In this document: piece after piece, positions 1-7,925 of the stretch
How the letters are laid out: each line of letters opens with the position of its first letter
Numbering within the stretch: position 1 is the stretch's first letter
IMG/VR virus record: IMGVR_UViG_3300017917_001342
Coordinates: 186,001-250,000 of that record
Length of the DNA: 64,000 nt
Strand: one strand, 5' to 3'
Notes under the pieces: generated by a model
Told to the model about the DNA's origin: nothing
Seen by the model: only the letters and a program-made list of their open reading frames with translations
Database searches by the model: none
Position numbers and translations under genes: made by a program

Positions 1-2
1 TT

Positions 3-221
3 GCACAGTATGGCGAAGTCAACAAGGTTGCTACCGAGTTTACACGTCAAGGTATCGAAACGCTGCGTGAAAATCTTAACTTGATGGAACAGACTGCCCG
101 AGAGGTTGCAGAAACTGTGCTTGAAAGCAAGAGCGTAGTTGCTGATGTTGTCATGGGTAAGAATGCCGATGACAACAAAGCAGTTGAAACCAAAAAAGCC
201 AAAAGCCCGTTTAACCTCTAA
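3..221 (+). CDS. 3' end of a hypothetical protein (truncated by window start)
   Basis: Open frame AQYGEVNKV...KSPFNL* ending TAA at 219-221, just upstream of the next RBS. Confidence 0.7.
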   Translation, partial: AQYGEVNKVATEFTRQGIETLRENLNLMEQTAREVAETVLESKSVVADVVMGKNADDNKAVETKKAKSPFNL

Positions 222-237
222 TTAAGGGACTATAACA

Positions 238-2370
238 ATGCAATTTCTGATTTCGGGTCGCGAAGTTCTTGAACGTAACAAAGACTTTAAACTAGTAGGA
301 CGCGACAACGATCTCAAGCGTTTGTCCTCGGTACTGATGCGGACCAAAGCCGCATCAGTAATCCTAGTTGGTCCTGGCGGTGTAGGTGTTACTGCACTGT
401 GCATGGGGCTACAAGCTGCTAAAGAAGATCCTAACGTTGCCTTTGACATTGTTAGCAAGCGTATCTTCTGGCTTAAAACAGATGAACTGTTTGGCCAAGG
501 CAATATGGAAGCTATCAACAAAGGCTTTACCAGTGTTCTAAATATTCTCAAACGTACACCTGATAGTATCCTTGTAATTGAAGACACTCGTGATTTTATC
601 GAAGCTGCTCGCAACAACGGTTGCAGCCACTTTATCAACGGTCTTAACTCTGTAGTAAAGAATGGTGAAAGTCAGGTTATTCTTGAAGCAAAAGATCAAG
701 ACTTGGATATGATCTTTGCTGCACACAGCGACATGCGTCAATGCTACACTATGATTGACATCAGCGAACCGTTTGGTAATGATCTCAAAGAGATTGTAAA
801 AACAAATGCTGCATCACTTGAACAGCATCACGGTATTCGTATTGAGCCGGATGCTATTGATACTGCAATTGATCTTACAAACAAGTATCGTACTCGTGAT
901 GCTAGCCTTAGTCGTGCTCAACCAGAACGCAGCTATAACCTGCTAGACCGTGCTCTTGCAACATATCGTCTTGAAGCACATAAGCGTCATCCAAAGATTG
1001 ATCTGCTGCTCAGCAAAGGTGTGCCAGCTGATTCTGCTGAAATTCTTCAACTAGAAACTGAGTTTGCAAAAACTCAAGCTAGGATTAAAGAACTCTACAA
1101 TCTACAGCGTGAAGGCGAGATTGCAGTGATCAACCTAGAAGAGCAAATTGCTAAGCAAAAGCAACTAGATGACGAAGCTGCTGCTCGTGGTGAAACAGTA
1201 GAAGAAGAGCAGCCACAGCGTCGTATTCAAATGTTCAGCAGTGTTGCTAAAGCTGCGGGCTTTGAAAGCGCAAAAGTTCGTGCGCTGCGTGAAGAAGTTC
1301 GTCGCTTCCAAGCAGTGATCAACGAAAATCGTGCAGAGTTTGATGTGCTTACAGAAGCTATCAACGAACAACTGTGTCTTACCAAAGACATTGTGCTTGC
1401 AGAGTTTAGTCGTTTGAGCGGTATCCCTGCTAACAAGCTAAACGAAGATGAACGCGAAAAACTGCGTAATCTTGAAGCTACACTAAATGGTCGTGTGTTT
1501 GGTCAAAGCACAGTTATTGCTAAGATTGCCAATGCTATCAAAGTTGCACGTATTGGTCGTCGCAATGGTAACAAGCCGCAGGCTAGCTTCTTGATCATGG
1601 GCCCAAGTGGTACTGGTAAGACTGAAGTCTGTAAAGCACTGGCACATGCACTGAAAGATGATGAAGCTGCACTTACTCGCTTTGACATGAGTGAATACAT
1701 GGAAAAGCACAGTGTTGCTAAACTGATTGGTGCACCTGCAGGTTACGAAGGCAGCGAGCGCGGTGGTATTCTTACCAACGCAATGCGTCAGAATCCAAAC
1801 CGTATCATTCTGTTTGATGAAATTGAAAAAGCTGACCCCGCAGTGTTTGACCTGTTCCTACAGATTCTCAGTGATGGTCGACTGACTGATAACCATGGGC
1901 GTACTGTTAACTTCAGTGAGTCTATGATTATCATGACTACTAACATAGGGCAAACATTCTTCCTCAATGACAGCCTTAGCGATGAAGAAAGCGAACGTCT
2001 TGCAAATCTAGAACTAGACGACAAGTATCGTCCAGAATTCCTAAACCGATTTGCAGGTCGTCAAAACATTGTGTGTTTCCGTCGACTTGGTCTTGACAGC
2101 ATTGAAAAGATTGTACGCCGCGAACTCACTGATCTAAATCGTGCTTATCGTGAAAGCGGGCTTGATATTGTTGTTAGTGATGAATCTGTTAAACAGTTCT
2201 GTGCAGATCATTACGAACCACGTAACGGTGCCCGTGGTCTGCAAGGTTATGTTGTTAGCAACATTGAACCTCTAATTGCTGACTTGATTCTTGAGAATCG
2301 TGTTGCTAGTACTAAACTTGAACTGGTATACGATGCTAAAACCAAGCAGTTCAACTCAATCTTTTCCTAA
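238..2370 (+). CDS. ClpA/ClpB-family AAA+ protein lacking the N-domain, with a degenerate first nucleotide-binding site
   Basis: NBD2 intact: GPSGTGKTE, RFDMSEYMEKHSVAKLIGAPAGY, ILFDEIEKA, GRLTD, RPEFLNR, GARGL. NBD1 Walker A reads GPGGVGVT and Walker B reads LVIEDT. Coiled-coil middle region. Confidence 0.9.
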   Translation: MQFLISGREVLERNKDFKLVGRDNDLKRLSSVLMRTKAASVILVGPGGVGVTALCMGLQAAKEDPNVAFDIVSKRIFWLKTDELFGQGNMEAINKGFTSVLNILKRTPDSILVIEDTRDFIEAARNNGCSHFINGLNSVVKNGESQVILEAKDQDLDMIFAAHSDMRQCYTMIDISEPFGNDLKEIVKTNAASLEQHHGIRIEPDAIDTAIDLTNKYRTRDASLSRAQPERSYNLLDRALATYRLEAHKRHPKIDLLLSKGVPADSAEILQLETEFAKTQARIKELYNLQREGEIAVINLEEQIAKQKQLDDEAAARGETVEEEQPQRRIQMFSSVAKAAGFESAKVRALREEVRRFQAVINENRAEFDVLTEAINEQLCLTKDIVLAEFSRLSGIPANKLNEDEREKLRNLEATLNGRVFGQSTVIAKIANAIKVARIGRRNGNKPQASFLIMGPSGTGKTEVCKALAHALKDDEAALTRFDMSEYMEKHSVAKLIGAPAGYEGSERGGILTNAMRQNPNRIILFDEIEKADPAVFDLFLQILSDGRLTDNHGRTVNFSESMIIMTTNIGQTFFLNDSLSDEESERLANLELDDKYRPEFLNRFAGRQNIVCFRRLGLDSIEKIVRRELTDLNRAYRESGLDIVVSDESVKQFCADHYEPRNGARGLQGYVVSNIEPLIADLILENRVASTKLELVYDAKTKQFNSIFS

Positions 2371-2372
2371 GG

Positions 2373-3113
2373 ATGTACAACATGTCAGCTGAAGACAATG
2401 CTAACAAAATTCTAAACGACCTCAAGCGTGAAGCAGAAGAAACAGCTAAGCTAGCTGCTAATAGTCCTGCTGTGAAAACTGTTAAGGAATGGGGTCGACT
2501 TGCACGCTTTTGGTACCAGTTTACGGCAACAATGACCTTTATTTTCAATAGGTTCATTTGGCCATACTACTCCTGGTGTGCCTGGCTGTTTAGCGTTGTA
2601 TTTTGGCGTCCGTTTCGTGCTGCATGGGATCGATATGGATATAAAACTAGAAGCGACGGTACTCGTCGCTTCTCGACTGTACGTGGCACAGGTGTAATTG
2701 TAGCCGCAGCAGTTACCGTATTTTTTGTTTATCAACTGCTGTTTGTGCTGTTTGATACTGCGCTGTATTTTGCTACCGCGCGAGTCGATGAAACTGTTTA
2801 TATGAGCAACGCACAGGAAATCTCTGCTGCTGACAATCTTCACAGTGCGCAGGGTTGTATTAGCAAAGCAGACAGTGCTGAATTTACCTGTGGTACAGAA
2901 GACAGTTTGTACTTCCGTATTGAATCAAATGCATTTAGCCACATTTGGAGTTTGCTGCACAACGGTACACTGTTTTATCCAGACTACGTTGCAGCACCAA
3001 TTGCACCAGGCTGGGAGCAGTGTGTGATTACCAGCTATGGCATTCGTGCTAAGTTCTTTATGCGTACTTGGGATATCTATCCAAACCTACTAAGCGCAAC
3101 TTGCAAAGGTTAA
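2373..3113 (+). CDS. Hypothetical membrane protein
   Basis: 246-aa ORF with hydrophobic segments and a Cys-containing C-terminal domain. Confidence 0.75.
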   Translation: MYNMSAEDNANKILNDLKREAEETAKLAANSPAVKTVKEWGRLARFWYQFTATMTFIFNRFIWPYYSWCAWLFSVVFWRPFRAAWDRYGYKTRSDGTRRFSTVRGTGVIVAAAVTVFFVYQLLFVLFDTALYFATARVDETVYMSNAQEISAADNLHSAQGCISKADSAEFTCGTEDSLYFRIESNAFSHIWSLLHNGTLFYPDYVAAPIAPGWEQCVITSYGIRAKFFMRTWDIYPNLLSATCKG

Positions 3114-3114
3114 C

Positions 3115-3369
3115 ATGAAAGAATATGATAAAATTGCCTGTTTCTGCTGTGACAAACTGTTAGACAACATGCACTACGAATCACGTAACAGCTATGTGTA
3201 TGTCCATCCAATGGGTGGACTGCACTTTCAAACACACGGGCACTACGGTTCTGCTTTTTTTGACCCGATGGATGGCAGTTCATTAGATATAGCTATCTGC
3301 GACGAATGTGTTAAAGCCCGTGGGGACAAAATCAGAGGCACCGGAAAGACTGCGGAGCGATTCGGTTGA
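3115..3369 (+). CDS. Small Cys-rich (probably Zn-binding) hypothetical protein
   Basis: CFCC...ICDEC motifs; abuts the previous stop. Confidence 0.7.
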   Translation: MKEYDKIACFCCDKLLDNMHYESRNSYVYVHPMGGLHFQTHGHYGSAFFDPMDGSSLDIAICDECVKARGDKIRGTGKTAERFG

Positions 3370-3394
3370 CAGTGTAGTTGATTTATTGTAAACA
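3366..3394 (+). promoter_or_regulatory. sigma70-type promoter for the pnuC-nadR unit
   Basis: TTGACA (3366-3371), 17 nt, TAAACA (3389-3394). Confidence 0.55.
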
Positions 3395-3421
3395 ATAGTC
3401 AGCACATAGAGAGTGTGTTGA

Positions 3422-3638
3422 TCTAACTGCAAAAGGAGTTTTTGCAAATGGATAAAACTCGCGAACATACTGATCGCGAAAAAGCTTGGCTTGCTGCATG
3501 GTGCGCAGTTGTAACCAATCGACATCCTGATTATGCAGCTAAGTTTGCAGATCAATGTTTGAAAGAATTTGACGAACGATTTAACAAAGACGCTCAGTGA
3601 GAGAGTCTTTCTAACCGCAAAAGGAGTTTTTGCAAATG
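3422..3638 (+). repeat. 29-nt direct repeat of a translation-initiation region (3422-3450 and 3610-3638)
   Basis: TCTAAC[T/C]GCAAAAGGAGTTTTTGCAAATG twice with 1 mismatch; each copy ends in a start codon. Confidence 0.9.
3448..3600 (+). CDS. Small hypothetical protein, 50 aa (not in the ORF track)
   Basis: AAGGAG RBS, then MDKTREHTDREKAWLAAWCAVV...FDERFNKDAQ*. Confidence 0.7.
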   Translation: MDKTREHTDREKAWLAAWCAVVTNRHPDYAAKFADQCLKEFDERFNKDAQ

Positions 3639-4298
3639 ACTATGAAGTACATTCTCGAATCAATTGCATTGGCAATTGTACTTACTGCACTAAGCTATGT
3701 TGTTGGCTTGCAAGCAGGTTGGATTACAGAACTCAACTGGCTTGAAGTGTTTGCAGTAGCAACCAGCTATAGCTGCACTTGGCTTTGCACTCGTCAAAGC
3801 CGTTGGAATTACCCAATTGGTATTGTAACTACTGCTGCATACAGCGTGCTATTCTATCAGTGGGCAATGCCGGCGCTGGCACTGTTTAACCTGTATCTTG
3901 TGTTTTCGCTGATCTACGGTTGGTTCCGTTGGGGTAGCGATGATAACACTCGGCCTGTTACACGCATTCCGTTGAAATGGTATACAGGCTACGGTGCAAT
4001 TGGATTGGTAATCCTTGCGTTGTTCCTTGCTGCAAACTTGATGTTTAACCCTACTGGTATCAGCGAACTGAATCCTATTGATGTAGGTCTTGCAGTTGCA
4101 AGCGGTATTGCACAGTTGATGCTCGACAACAAGAAACTTGAAAACTGGACGCTGTGGGCAATTATTGATATTGTATCAATTCCATTCTTCATCCATGGTG
4201 GCTTGACACTGGTTGCGTTCCAGTATATCTTCTTCCTTGTGAACACTGTGATCGGACATGTTCATTGGAAAAGGTCTATGGTGACTGTAAATGCCTAA
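3636..4298 (+). CDS. pnuC: Nicotinamide riboside transporter PnuC
   Basis: Multi-pass membrane protein with WNYPIGIV, YGWFRW, KKLENWTLWAIID motifs; overlaps nadR; start moved to the ATG at 3636 after the RBS. Confidence 0.9.
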   Translation: MTMKYILESIALAIVLTALSYVVGLQAGWITELNWLEVFAVATSYSCTWLCTRQSRWNYPIGIVTTAAYSVLFYQWAMPALALFNLYLVFSLIYGWFRWGSDDNTRPVTRIPLKWYTGYGAIGLVILALFLAANLMFNPTGISELNPIDVGLAVASGIAQLMLDNKKLENWTLWAIIDIVSIPFFIHGGLTLVAFQYIFFLVNTVIGHVHWKRSMVTVNA

Positions 4299-5334
4299 CG
4301 CTGTTGTATTGATGACTGCACTTGTGCCCACTATCGGGCACAAGTATCTTATTGACTATGCAAAGAACCTTGGACTTATCGGCTATAGGGATCGGGTGCA
4401 TGTTATTGTGGGTACTATGGATCGAGAACCCGTCAAAGGTGATTTGAGATTTAATGCCATTTCTGAAACATATAAGAATGATTCTAGAGTGGTTGTTCAT
4501 CATCTACATCGTGATGTGCCTCAGGATCCTAGCGAACATCCTGATTTTTGGAATGTCTGGCGTGATATTGTTCGTGAGTTTGTTGATGTAAAGCCGGATG
4601 ATTACTTTGTGGCAAGCGAACTCTACGGCATGGATATGGCCCGTGTGCTTGGCTGTAAGTTTATGCCCTGCAATCGTTATCGCGAAACTGTACCAGTTAA
4701 AGGTACTGATGTTCGTAACGATCTGATGGACAGTTTTGAGCTTATTCTGCCTGCATTTCAAAAGCACATTCGCAAAACTGTAACTGTGTTTGGTGCAGAA
4801 AGCTGCGGCAAAACTACTATGACTCGTGCGTTGGCAAAAGAACTCAATGGCTACTTTGTACCTGAATGGGCTAGAGAATATCTTGAAACTGTAGGTGCAG
4901 AAGTAACTGACGAACGTATGCTGGCAATTGTTCATGGTCAGGCTGCTCTGCAACGAACTGCTCGTGACGATCTGTTCAATAAACCGTTTGTGTTTCAAGA
5001 CACTGATCTGTTTTCGACTCTAGGCTATTATAGGTTGTGGGGCGGTGGTACTGATCGCGACGTTGATCTTTGTGAATATCTTGCCAAGCAACTGAAATCT
5101 GATTTCTATATTGTAATGAATGATGGTATTCCTTTTGAAGCTGATCCGTTGCGTTATGGTGGAGACAAGCGTGAAAGCGGTATGCAGTATTGGATTGATC
5201 TTCTCGAAGAATTCAAACTACCATACTATGTAGTTCCAAATACAACCAAACATATGCAGACTAACTATGCTTGCAATGCAGTGATTGAAATGTTCGATCA
5301 ATCAACTCAACATATCAAGGAGTATAAACGATGA
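4291..5334 (+). CDS. nadR: NadR-like NMN adenylyltransferase / ribosylnicotinamide kinase (no HTH)
   Basis: N-terminal nucleotidyltransferase (PTIGH, FWNVW, ASELYG) plus P-loop kinase GAESCGKTT, VPEWAREY, DTD, DPLR; adjacent to pnuC. Confidence 0.9.
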   Translation: MPNAVVLMTALVPTIGHKYLIDYAKNLGLIGYRDRVHVIVGTMDREPVKGDLRFNAISETYKNDSRVVVHHLHRDVPQDPSEHPDFWNVWRDIVREFVDVKPDDYFVASELYGMDMARVLGCKFMPCNRYRETVPVKGTDVRNDLMDSFELILPAFQKHIRKTVTVFGAESCGKTTMTRALAKELNGYFVPEWAREYLETVGAEVTDERMLAIVHGQAALQRTARDDLFNKPFVFQDTDLFSTLGYYRLWGGGTDRDVDLCEYLAKQLKSDFYIVMNDGIPFEADPLRYGGDKRESGMQYWIDLLEEFKLPYYVVPNTTKHMQTNYACNAVIEMFDQSTQHIKEYKR

Positions 5335-5507
5335 AAATGAGACTATTGAATAAACAACTGAAAACAAATGATACAACATATGCGCCGGAATTGGAACTTG
5401 TTATCAGGGTTCCTATGCAACTAGCATCAGCGGGCGATTATGCTATTCCATCTGCGGAATTTTACGAACAAGTAGGTAGAGATTTAGTAGAACTGCTTGA
5501 CGAATAA
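5331..5507 (+). CDS. Small hypothetical protein, 58 aa
   Basis: ATGA overlap with the nadR stop, AGGAG RBS; MKMRLLNKQL...LVELLDE*. Confidence 0.6.
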   Translation: MKMRLLNKQLKTNDTTYAPELELVIRVPMQLASAGDYAIPSAEFYEQVGRDLVELLDE

Positions 5508-5508
5508 T

Positions 5509-6105
5509 CTAGCTGACCAATGGGTCTGTTATAACTAACGACCCGTCTTTTCTCTGCATGATATTATCACTGTGTAAGTCTATATAAAACTTACCTAGTT
5601 TAGTTAATCGCTCCATCACGGCTGCAATATCTGGATATTCTTCGTTGAGTTTATCTATTTGATCTTGATACCCAACAGGGTCGTCTGTTTTAAAAAATTG
5701 TCGCAATGTTTCTAACAGATTATGTAATTCATCTCGGTTAACTGGATACAATTTTTCCATGCGTACAGAGTAAGTGTTGTCATTTATGCGTATAAACTTA
5801 CCTTTGATCCTAGGAACGGCTGATAGGTTTTGATTGTTACGTGCAAAATTTAGATATGTAAAATACCCTGGATCATTGTTGAACACTTTAAACACCCAGG
5901 GATATCCGGGTTTTTCAAAAACTACTCCGTATGCGCCACGACCTAGTTTAGTAAATCCCAGCTCTTCTAATTCAAACACGAAATGTTGCCAGGCATTTTC
6001 TTTTTTTGTGTAATTATTAGGATCTGTGTCACCTAGACCTTTTGCAGCAACACCCACATGTGATTGCTTGATACGCTGTACACCTGTTATTTCATTAACA
6101 CGCAT
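5509..6105 (-). CDS. Ser/Thr protein kinase, T7 gp0.7 kinase-domain-like
   Basis: Gly loop LGRGAYGVV, VFK lysine, catalytic DLHSDNIM, ITDP; overall pattern resembles the T7 0.7 kinase as I recall it. Confidence 0.8.
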   Translation of the reverse strand: MRVNEITGVQRIKQSHVGVAAKGLGDTDPNNYTKKENAWQHFVFELEELGFTKLGRGAYGVVFEKPGYPWVFKVFNNDPGYFTYLNFARNNQNLSAVPRIKGKFIRINDNTYSVRMEKLYPVNRDELHNLLETLRQFFKTDDPVGYQDQIDKLNEEYPDIAAVMERLTKLGKFYIDLHSDNIMQRKDGSLVITDPLVS

Positions 6106-6728
6106 TAGTCTCTAGGTCCTAAACCAGACTTCTTGAGTAGATCTTTAAGCGCATTAACTTGATCATCCGCGGTCTTAGGCTTTTCACTTTTAACTTTGTA
6201 GCGATCATTGCCAATGGTAGCTAGTGTACCGCCAATGAACTGTTTGATGATATGTTGTGCAAAACCAATGGCACTTGATATTGGCATACCAGTTTTTTGT
6301 GCAATGGCACTAGCAAGATCAACTGCTGTAAATTCACCAAGTTCGCGCATTGCATTCATAGCTACTTTCGTAACACGTATCTGTGCGTCTATAGACTGCT
6401 GTACACCATGTGGAACATCTGCACCACCGTCACGATCTTCTTCATGCCAACCGTAGCGTTTATCACCCACACGATCTACACAGCATTTGAAATCACTTAC
6501 CACTGTCTTAAGTAGATCAACAATAGAAAAATCACTGTCAGGGTATAGTCTGCGAATATGATCGGCCCAGTCTTGTACACTGATACCATTTTCTCCTGCG
6601 TTCTTAACAGCTTCTAATGCATCAAGTATACGAGTCTGTGTTTCTGGATCATGCTTTTTCAAACGACGCTCAATTTGAAAATTAACGGATGGTTTATCTG
6701 CAATAGACTCTTTTAGTTTTTTTGGCAT
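6105..6728 (-). CDS. Hypothetical protein, possibly two winged-helix-like units
   Basis: 207-aa ORF coupled to the kinase; repeated helical units ending (V/I)G(D/N)(K/D)RY; N-terminal LKE/S. Confidence 0.65.
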   Translation of the reverse strand: MPKKLKESIADKPSVNFQIERRLKKHDPETQTRILDALEAVKNAGENGISVQDWADHIRRLYPDSDFSIVDLLKTVVSDFKCCVDRVGDKRYGWHEEDRDGGADVPHGVQQSIDAQIRVTKVAMNAMRELGEFTAVDLASAIAQKTGMPISSAIGFAQHIIKQFIGGTLATIGNDRYKVKSEKPKTADDQVNALKDLLKKSGLGPRD

Positions 6729-6758
6729 TCGAGCAGTCTTTCTTTTTATCAGTTGAGT

Positions 6759-6764
6759 TATTTA
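6759..6764 (-). promoter_or_regulatory. Late-type promoter TAAATA for the kinase operon
   Basis: TATTTA on the + strand, 30 nt upstream of the 6728 start. Confidence 0.6.
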
Positions 6765-6779
6765 TTTTGATATTTGCTA

Positions 6780-6807
6780 TTGACACTGTGTCCAAACCTG
6801 CTATATT
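6780..6807 (+). promoter_or_regulatory. sigma70-type early promoter with extended -10
   Basis: TTGACA, 16 nt, (TGC)TATATT, then an (AC)7 leader and GGAG RBS. Confidence 0.75.
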
Positions 6808-6849
6808 ACAGGTATAAAGTTTAACACACACACACACAGGAGAACTTGA

Positions 6850-7245
6850 ATGGGTATTGCTAAAGGCGCTCTTTATGTTGGCGCAGGATTGATCGGTGTC
6901 GCCGTGCTGTTTGGAGTTGCTACTCCGGTACTAAGTGTGCTTACTGCACCCGGACGAGTGCTCACTGATACTATGGGTACCAAGAACATTATCAACAACT
7001 ACGAAATGTTCTATGATATCAATGCAGGGCATGATCGTCGTGTTGCTGACATTGCAGGACACAAAGCTGCGGTTGCGTCTGCAACTGGTGATGAAAAGAA
7101 TCGACTCAATGTTGAGTTGATTGGTATGCAACAAACCTGTCGCGATCTTGTTACTCGCTACAACGCAGAAAGCAGCAAGATGAACAAGTCGCTGTTCAAA
7201 GCTGCTGATCTTCCTTCCGAACTTGACATCAACACCTGCAACTGA
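6850..7245 (+). CDS. Membrane-anchored hypothetical protein
   Basis: N-terminal hydrophobic helix, coiled-coil body, good RBS. Confidence 0.8.
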   Translation: MGIAKGALYVGAGLIGVAVLFGVATPVLSVLTAPGRVLTDTMGTKNIINNYEMFYDINAGHDRRVADIAGHKAAVASATGDEKNRLNVELIGMQQTCRDLVTRYNAESSKMNKSLFKAADLPSELDINTCN

Positions 7246-7257
7246 TAGGACACTGCT

Positions 7258-7806
7258 ATGAAAAACGTTCTTGTTAAACTGTCGATTGTTGCCGCTCTGG
7301 GTATGACCCTTATGGCCGGTAGCTGCGATATCCAGCCAAATGCATCTACTAAGCAAAGTGAATCACAAAAAGCTGCTGCCGCTGCTAACTCGATCAATTT
7401 TGCCGCAGGCAATGCTGAAATCGACAATATCAAGCGTCGACTGCAACTTACTAGTGATCCTGCGCTGATGGGATTCATTGTACTGTTCAACGACATGGGT
7501 CGTCCGATCCTGTACACTACTGTAAAAGGCAAGGTTACCAGTGGTAGCAAGCGTCTGACTGCACCGTTCCAAGAAACTGCACTGACTCGCGGCGGTGTTG
7601 CCGACGCTAGCTCGAGCAACTTTACTGATGCACCTAGCGACGAAGGCACTTGGGGTTCTAGCAACCCGTATATTTTCTTCTGGACTACCAGCGGACAATA
7701 CATTCAGTGGAGCGGTAACTACCTCTACAGTGACAAGCCGATTCGTATTACTGATAGCCCGGCAGTGGTGCTGATGGCGGATGAAGCTACTGCACCTAAG
7801 CAGTAA
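7258..7806 (+). CDS. Putative lipoprotein
   Basis: Signal peptide ending LMAGS-C; beta-rich domain (GKVTSGSKRLT, PSDEGTWGSS, YIFFWT). Confidence 0.8.
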   Translation: MKNVLVKLSIVAALGMTLMAGSCDIQPNASTKQSESQKAAAAANSINFAAGNAEIDNIKRRLQLTSDPALMGFIVLFNDMGRPILYTTVKGKVTSGSKRLTAPFQETALTRGGVADASSSNFTDAPSDEGTWGSSNPYIFFWTTSGQYIQWSGNYLYSDKPIRITDSPAVVLMADEATAPKQ

Positions 7807-7828
7807 ATCTGTTAGTAATTTAAGATAA

Positions 7829-7853
7829 AAGGGTGGTGCAATGCGCCACCCTT
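7829..7853 (+). terminator. Intrinsic terminator hairpin
   Basis: AAGGGTGGTGC-AAT-GCGCCACCCTT followed by a T-rich tract. Confidence 0.7.
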
Positions 7854-7881
7854 ATTCTTATGCAGACAATATATATGTTGC

Positions 7882-7887
7882 TAAATA
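7882..7887 (+). promoter_or_regulatory. Late-type promoter TAAATA
   Basis: CTAAATAT, 38 nt upstream of ATG 7926. Confidence 0.65.
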
Positions 7888-7925
7888 TTCAGCGCATAAT
7901 TTACATTATCCTGGATATTTACACT

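Noticed and set aside
6824-6838. (AC)7 tract as a phase-variation switch
   Set aside because: It lies between the transcription start and the SD, so length change alters neither frame nor promoter spacing; better explained as an AC-rich leader
7833-7925. ORF-track upstream starts (7833, 22797, 31499, 3630)
   Set aside because: The extensions run through terminator/promoter DNA or the previous gene; downstream ATGs at 7926, 22848, 31520 and 3636 fit the promoter, RBS or leader pattern
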